This document shows positions 58,249 through 64,000 of a stretch of 64,000 nucleotides of DNA, piece by piece. The stretch's first letter is position 1; each line of letters starts with the position of its first letter. Origin of the DNA: an uncultured virus (IMG/VR IMGVR_UViG_3300043447_000658). Lineage: Duplodnaviria > Heunggongvirae > Uroviricota > Caudoviricetes. A program made the translations under genes and the position numbers. The notes beneath the pieces were generated by a model that did not search any database, was not told the DNA's origin, and saw only the letters and a program-made list of their open reading frames with translations. The stretch covers positions 1 to 64,000 of IMG/VR virus record IMGVR_UViG_3300043447_000658. The stretch is one strand, 5' to 3'.

Positions 58249-61200
58249 TACGTTAAGTCTGTTGATTTAAATGCACCCTTAGGTCCAAACCTATCAATAA
58301 ATTTATCGAGACCAGTTTTACCAGGTTTTAATCCAAAGTGAAACATAAATGGAGTTGATAGGATTTGTTTAGTTCCACTATAATAATCTTGTGTTCTTCT
58401 AATGAAGAAATCTGTAGATGTTGTCCAAGGAATTCCATCCCAAGTACCTGCATTACCATAACGAGTATATAAAGTTCCTGAAGATGGATTGGCCAATGTT
58501 CCTGAAGTTACTTGTAAAACAGTATACCCAGGATATTGTGAATCGTATTGATGATATTCGTTTCCTGTGATTCCTGAAATAACAGCATCATAAGCAAACC
58601 CTTCATCATCAACGACGTTTAATGTCGATACCGAGGTTCCTGTAAAATTATAAGTTATTGGTAATAACAAATATTTGTCTGAAGAATCGTCAGTGGTTCC
58701 TGTCACATTATATGCGTATGTCATACCTTGTAATGGTTGTACTTGAACGGTTGAGATATCCCAAGATTGGTCGTCGAGAGTTTCAGTATTATACGCGCCA
58801 AATCCTGTACCTTTTTTATCCCATAAGAAGAATGGTACCGGTTGTGATGATTCAGTTAATCGACCTTGTATTTGTGTTACTCCATCATTTGCAATGTGAG
58901 TCGGTTCATTTAAACAAGCCCTTACTCTTTCACCATCTTCAGAAAATTCCATAGTGATTGGTAATGGTCCCCAAACTCCGTTTCTTTTAAAAACGTCAGG
59001 ATATAATTCAGGGTCTAATATTTGATAGCTATATCCAATATATTTTGGATTTTGTAAATCAAATTGTTCAATACCCACCTCATTATTGATTGATATTAAT
59101 TGTAGTAAATCTCCATCGAAAGCACTTCGAATTCCATTATTATAAAATCCATTATTATCAAAGAAACTTCTTAAGTCGAAATTAGCATTACTAACATCCA
59201 TTCTGTAGTTAATTGCCATACCAAGAATCTCACCAAAATCTTTATAAGAAGTTGGTCCTATTTCTCTTGACACAGAGCAGTTAGGGTCAAGATTTGGGTC
59301 TACACATATTTCTCTTATAAATTCATCTCTCGGACCTAAATCAACAATAGTTGTTGGTCTATTGATTCTTTTTCTCGAACCGTTAAATGTTCTTCCCCAT
59401 ACACCTGTACTATTATTATATGATGTTGCTCGATAATAATAATGTGATTCACTTTGGTTTGTTTCTAAATTAGTTTGTACTGTTCTTCTAATTAGTTCTT
59501 CACAACAAGCCGATTTGGACCAAAATAAAAATCTTTTTTGTGTTTCGAAAGTAAAGAAATATAAAGACCCTGATAACCAATTATCCACAAATGAATAGTT
59601 AACGACTCCCGAACAAAATAATTTAGACATACGTCTACGTCTTCTATATTCTTTCATTATATTAATCACTCTACGATTTGACATAGTGCCGGGAATCATA
59701 TAAAAAATACCATTGGTAAATTCAGATTGACCCGATGGGGTTCTTGGTGTATAGGTTTCTCCATCGTATATTGTTGGTAGTGGTTTATTACTACCATCAA
59801 CGTCCGAAATTAAAGTTGCTTCTACGTCCATACCGGCAGTATATTGTAACGGTGTTTTTTCGGTTCTATTTGGTGCAACATAATATTTCTGAACTAAAGA
59901 TTCGTCATATGGTGTGTCATAGATTGCACAACCCTCCTCCAATATTGCTGTTGTGGTTGTTTCAACTGATGAGGCATTTTTATCTCTAATTACTGCAGTG
60001 TATGTTATTGTTTCATTAAACAATCCTGCCGTGTCATTAAAAGTTATTGTGGCTCCTGATGTGAAAATAGTTGTACCAGACAAAAGAACCCCGTTACTAC
60101 TTGTTGTTAAAATATAATTTGTTTGATTATTTAAAAAATTTGTTAAGTCACTTGGAACTGTTGCTCCTGAACATATTCCTGTTGGGTCAGGGTTTGAGAA
60201 TACAAAATTACTTGCAGTTACAGTTCTTGGTGATTCGGTAGACGAACCTTGAATGGTTACCGTACCAACCTGACAAAAGTCAATAGCGTTACCCAATCCA
60301 CCCACAGTACCATATTCATTATCTTTATTACATTCAAGGCAAGAAGGATAATCAATTAAAAATAATTCTCTTTGTCCACTATCTTGAATTCCATATGCGT
60401 ATCTTCTTAACGCCCTACTAACAGACTTAATCGGCCAGAAATTAGTTGCATCTGAAAATCTATGAAATATTTTAGCAACTGTATTGTTAAAAACAAAACC
60501 AGATACTGTTGATAATTGTTCAAAGAATAACAATATATCAGCAATTAATAATTTAATTGTGTAGTTTCTAAAACCAAAATTAACCGGTGGTGTAACGATT
60601 GAATTTTCACAATCAGACTCTCTTGGTGGTGCAATTTCTTTCAATCCCAATAATTGACCTGAAAGAGTTGATAATGAATTTTTAAAGTATGAATTATGAA
60701 ATGATGATACCGTAAAAACTTTATTATATGTAAATCTATAAAAATAATCTTGTGGTACGTAGAATCCATCAACAGTATTTAATATTAAACTTAACGCTTC
60801 CGGTGGGTAATCTTTATAGTTATTGGACCAAGCGTACGACATATCAATTCTTGTGGTGTATTCTCTAATATTCGGTACTAATATTTGAGCAGTACCTTGT
60901 TGTTGTGTTGTAAATCTAAAACGATAACATCCTGATGTTGGTATACCTTTGTTTGGGTCATTGGAATATTCGTTTTCACCAAATTCATTTGTGTAAACAA
61001 AATCCATATTCATTGGTAATGACACAATAAATGAACCGTCATCGGTAATATCTTCTTTTACATCATACACTTCTAAAATCGGTCTGTTGTTGGAGTCGTA
61101 TTCCGCAGTAAAACGAATCATTTCTATTTTACCCGCCTTTGTCGTTAAATCACATTTTTTGTTACTATCTCTTTTAATACTACAATTTGCTTTGACTCCT

Positions 61201-61994
61201 GCCCTACCGTCAGTATATGTTCCCCCAATAAGATAAGCCTTTGGTTCAATTTTAACTCCTTGGTCTGATAAATCAAAATCGGTTCTTGTTAAACCAATTT
61301 CACATAAATCTTCAGAACCCCAAAAAGGATAAACCTCAATGGTTTTTCTAAATGTTTTGATTTGTGGAAGTGAGTCAATATCAACACTAGCCTTAAATTC
61401 ATAAGCTGATTTAAATTCCTCTAAACCAAAACCTTTTCTTAAGTAATCATCAGGTCTTAATGAGAAACAACTAATATCTGACAAATCCACGTCACACACT
61501 ATGATTTGTTCACCTAATGGTACACCCCAAATCATAAAGTCACCAGCACTATTTGTTTTTACGGTGTATTTGTAATATTTTTCATACACCTCTAAAACTT
61601 CTTCTCTGTCTAAAATATCTGTTTGGTCAGGGAATGTTCCTGTTGCCGCGTGTCCGCTATGTTGTCTTCTTGCAGGTAATAAATTATATCGATAATGATT
61701 ATCGTCTTTAACTGAAACTTCAGTATATGGGTATAACGCCGATATTACAGGGTCGTTTACATCATCATCGTCTAATGGTACGAAAATTGAAACTCGAGCG
61801 TTTGGTACTCCAAAACCATTATTTACGGTAAGTCTACCACAAACAACACCATAGTCAGCACATAACGATGTGTATACATCCCTTTGGGATAATTTTAAAG
61901 ACAACAATTCCAATAAATCGAAATCTTGTTTGACTTCAAATTTAATGTATTGGTCTTCTCCAATGTTGGTATGAATTCTATGTTTTTGTATCAT
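58248..61994 (-). CDS. Large Cys-containing baseplate/tail protein
   Basis: 1248 aa; N-terminal transthyretin-like motifs (GVVCGRL...GVPNARVSIF, KTNSAGDFMIWGVPLG). Confidence 0.65.
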   Translation of the reverse strand: MIQKHRIHTNIGEDQYIKFEVKQDFDLLELLSLKLSQRDVYTSLCADYGVVCGRLTVNNGFGVPNARVSIFVPLDDDDVNDPVISALYPYTEVSVKDDNHYRYNLLPARRQHSGHAATGTFPDQTDILDREEVLEVYEKYYKYTVKTNSAGDFMIWGVPLGEQIIVCDVDLSDISCFSLRPDDYLRKGFGLEEFKSAYEFKASVDIDSLPQIKTFRKTIEVYPFWGSEDLCEIGLTRTDFDLSDQGVKIEPKAYLIGGTYTDGRAGVKANCSIKRDSNKKCDLTTKAGKIEMIRFTAEYDSNNRPILEVYDVKEDITDDGSFIVSLPMNMDFVYTNEFGENEYSNDPNKGIPTSGCYRFRFTTQQQGTAQILVPNIREYTTRIDMSYAWSNNYKDYPPEALSLILNTVDGFYVPQDYFYRFTYNKVFTVSSFHNSYFKNSLSTLSGQLLGLKEIAPPRESDCENSIVTPPVNFGFRNYTIKLLIADILLFFEQLSTVSGFVFNNTVAKIFHRFSDATNFWPIKSVSRALRRYAYGIQDSGQRELFLIDYPSCLECNKDNEYGTVGGLGNAIDFCQVGTVTIQGSSTESPRTVTASNFVFSNPDPTGICSGATVPSDLTNFLNNQTNYILTTSSNGVLLSGTTIFTSGATITFNDTAGLFNETITYTAVIRDKNASSVETTTTAILEEGCAIYDTPYDESLVQKYYVAPNRTEKTPLQYTAGMDVEATLISDVDGSNKPLPTIYDGETYTPRTPSGQSEFTNGIFYMIPGTMSNRRVINIMKEYRRRRRMSKLFCSGVVNYSFVDNWLSGSLYFFTFETQKRFLFWSKSACCEELIRRTVQTNLETNQSESHYYYRATSYNNSTGVWGRTFNGSRKRINRPTTIVDLGPRDEFIREICVDPNLDPNCSVSREIGPTSYKDFGEILGMAINYRMDVSNANFDLRSFFDNNGFYNNGIRSAFDGDLLQLISINNEVGIEQFDLQNPKYIGYSYQILDPELYPDVFKRNGVWGPLPITMEFSEDGERVRACLNEPTHIANDGVTQIQGRLTESSQPVPFFLWDKKGTGFGAYNTETLDDQSWDISTVQVQPLQGMTYAYNVTGTTDDSSDKYLLLPITYNFTGTSVSTLNVVDDEGFAYDAVISGITGNEYHQYDSQYPGYTVLQVTSGTLANPSSGTLYTRYGNAGTWDGIPWTTSTDFFIRRTQDYYSGTKQILSTPFMFHFGLKPGKTGLDKFIDRFGPKGAFKSTDLT

Positions 61995-62047
61995 CTTATA
62001 ATAAATAGAAACTCAATGGTTTTCTTATAAGATAACTAAAAAACAAA

Positions 62048-63877
62048 TTAATATGTAGCCGAAGTTAAAGTTTTTACTCTTACTTTAATATCACTTTGTG
62101 GGAATCGGATTTGACAAATTTGATTTGATTTCATATATATGGTTGAATCAAATTGTAATATTTCTTTTGTAATATTATCCTTGTAAGCTTGGGATATTTC
62201 GGCTGATGAATATTTTCCACCGATTTTGTTGAATACTCTAACATCCACGACGTTCACAACCCCAGTTACGTTACCAATTTCTCTCATTAAGTCACCAACA
62301 AACAACGGGTCACCCATTTTTCTTTTGTCGATAGCGAAGAAGTTTGTTACAGTATTAACAGTTTCTTTTAATACATCACTTTGACTTTCGTTTTTATTTA
62401 CCACTAAATCAACCTCTAAACCTAAATCGATAACCTCACCACTCATAATGTCTAAGAAGTCATTTAACATTCTAAATTTAGACAAATAGTTCAATACGTT
62501 ATTCTTAAGTGTGTTAGATACAATATCGGTTAAATTACCTTCACTATCGTATGATAATAATTTAATTCTCACTTTGTTGTCTTCTTCCATCACACTAACT
62601 TTAGCCGGTGCTCCGTAAGTTGATGGCATCGTTTCAATTAAAGATTTGTAGTCATTTAATGTTACCGCTCTATTTTGTGCTGCAAAGTTATATGCAACCA
62701 TATTTCTAATTTCCTCAATAGTCGGTGAATCGGCTCCACCCACTGCAGGTGTTATATTTGTAACTCTTAATGATTGATATACTTGGTCATTTATTGTTGA
62801 ATTTGGACCATTCAATGCAAAATCAATTGTATCTATCGATGTTATCACATTAACCCCGAGATTTGATTCTTTACCACCACCTATACGATATTTGATGAAT
62901 AATGTGGTATTTGCTCTCGGTATGTTACCCAATGAGTTGTTATTAAGGAAAGTTGCAATATTAACTTTCATTGTTCCGTTCATATAGTTATCCAAATTAT
63001 CCATTGGGTCTACATTTCCTGAACCGAAAGTAACACTGAAATAACCTTCAGGTGTATACTCAGTAATGAATTTATTATCAACTCTAAGGTAATCACCCGA
63101 TTTAAAATTATCAGTATCTGAAATTGTTGTTGAGTCTTCAATAAAAACTCTATCTTCCATTAATGACTTAACCTCATACCATTTATTCCCGTTTGTGAAT
63201 TCATCATATGTAGGATTACTTGCATAGTTTGTTCCTGATTTATGAATCACACTAACAACACCCAATACGTTTTTCTCAGGTAAGTATAATTTTAAGAATG
63301 GTTTTTGGTCAACCTCGTTAATAACTCTTCTATAAATCTTAGTTGTTCCATTTACAACCGCCTCTCTTTTGGTGATTGTATATGATATCAATTTACTATT
63401 GTTATCAAAATTTGGAATCTTTAATCTATTAGGTTCACCTTTACTATTGAAAGGATTTGAAAAATCGATGTCCTCAAGAGTTTCAAATATCTGTCCTCCA
63501 CCCGAAACTTGTGCACCTGCTTTTAAAATACCCTCATATCTTTCATCGTCTTTATCACCCCTAACAGGAACGTTAATTGAGAAGTCACATAATGCGACTG
63601 ATGGTCTTAAACCGGGTAGTCTAATACCATAAGTTTTTGCAATATGAAATAATGATTGTCTTTGTTGTGCAAAGTCCAACATCGTTTCCTGCCAAACTCT
63701 ATCTATATGGAAATGTAAGTTATCAGCAACCGCAGCATTTAAATCAAGTAATACTGAATAAATTGATGCATCGTTAAAGTTACTTATTAATTCTGGATAA
63801 TACTTTTTAGTTAATGAAACTAATTCGTCTCTTAAACCTGCAAAATCTCTTGTTGCGTATGATATTTCTTTTGCCAT
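62048..63877 (-). CDS. Baseplate wedge subunit, T4 gp6/baseplate J-like
   Basis: RDFAGLRDEL, FGSG, YRIGGG..SN, GGAD, AQNRAVTLNDY motifs. Confidence 0.88.
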   Translation of the reverse strand: MAKEISYATRDFAGLRDELVSLTKKYYPELISNFNDASIYSVLLDLNAAVADNLHFHIDRVWQETMLDFAQQRQSLFHIAKTYGIRLPGLRPSVALCDFSINVPVRGDKDDERYEGILKAGAQVSGGGQIFETLEDIDFSNPFNSKGEPNRLKIPNFDNNSKLISYTITKREAVVNGTTKIYRRVINEVDQKPFLKLYLPEKNVLGVVSVIHKSGTNYASNPTYDEFTNGNKWYEVKSLMEDRVFIEDSTTISDTDNFKSGDYLRVDNKFITEYTPEGYFSVTFGSGNVDPMDNLDNYMNGTMKVNIATFLNNNSLGNIPRANTTLFIKYRIGGGKESNLGVNVITSIDTIDFALNGPNSTINDQVYQSLRVTNITPAVGGADSPTIEEIRNMVAYNFAAQNRAVTLNDYKSLIETMPSTYGAPAKVSVMEEDNKVRIKLLSYDSEGNLTDIVSNTLKNNVLNYLSKFRMLNDFLDIMSGEVIDLGLEVDLVVNKNESQSDVLKETVNTVTNFFAIDKRKMGDPLFVGDLMREIGNVTGVVNVVDVRVFNKIGGKYSSAEISQAYKDNITKEILQFDSTIYMKSNQICQIRFPQSDIKVRVKTLTSATY

Positions 63878-63878
63878 T

Positions 63879-64000
63879 TTATATGTTAATAATTATAAAG
63901 TCTGATACTGAAAATGCTCCGTTATTTACTGTATAATCAAGTTTAACTTTAGCCGTATAAGGTTTACTCGAATAATCAGAAACCCTAAACAATCTTTCGT
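63879..64000 (-). CDS. 3' end of a probable gp25-like baseplate wedge protein
   Basis: Hand translation ...PYTAKVKLDYTVNNGAFSVSDFIIINI*; lies directly upstream of the gp6-like gene. Confidence 0.5.
   Translation of the reverse strand, partial: ERLFRVSDYSSKPYTAKVKLDYTVNNGAFSVSDFIIINI

Noticed and set aside
1..64000. Stop-codon reassignment, as seen in some large phages
   Set aside because: Long genes are intact in the standard code, and TAG and TGA both end genes at tight junctions
1..64000. tRNA or rRNA genes; a cellular or eukaryotic giant-virus origin
   Set aside because: Intergenic gaps are short and I saw no cloverleaf; baseplate wedge genes with sigma70 and NusG indicate a bacteriophage

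Overview
AT-rich, gene-dense 64 kb segment of a large (jumbo-type) contractile-tailed bacteriophage, almost entirely coded on the minus strand in the standard genetic code. A Bacteroidota host is inferred from a Bacteroidota-type RpoD and ClpP, an Hc1-like protein, an SprB repeat, TTTG-N19/20-TAnnTTnn promoters and no evident Shine-Dalgarno sites. In transcription order (right to left) the window holds baseplate wedge and tail genes (64-47.6 kb), a cluster of Thr-Pro-linked FN3/adhesin genes with a free-standing Hint domain and a nucleotidyltransferase (47.6-39 kb), a replication/recombination block (RuvC-like resolvase, primase, PD-(D/E)XK nuclease, Mre11, Rad50) interrupted by ugd and an IceA1/NlaIII-like endonuclease (39-30 kb), host-takeover, envelope and head-cargo genes (clpP, sigma70, degenerate amidase, Hc1, adenine MTase, nusG, AAA ATPase, trx, grx; 30-14.8 kb), and a run of paralogous tail-fibre and lectin genes (14.8-0 kb). 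Best leads: (1) a possible split-domain, strand-donor, disulfide-locked branched adhesin scaffold; (2) a CATG-family restriction nuclease in DNA where I could find no CATG or GATC; (3) a -1 frameshift extension at an A10 run; (4) an active-looking plus a dead Hint domain side by side; (5) a candidate small RNA and structured mRNA leaders. All family assignments are by-eye motif recognition, not database searches.
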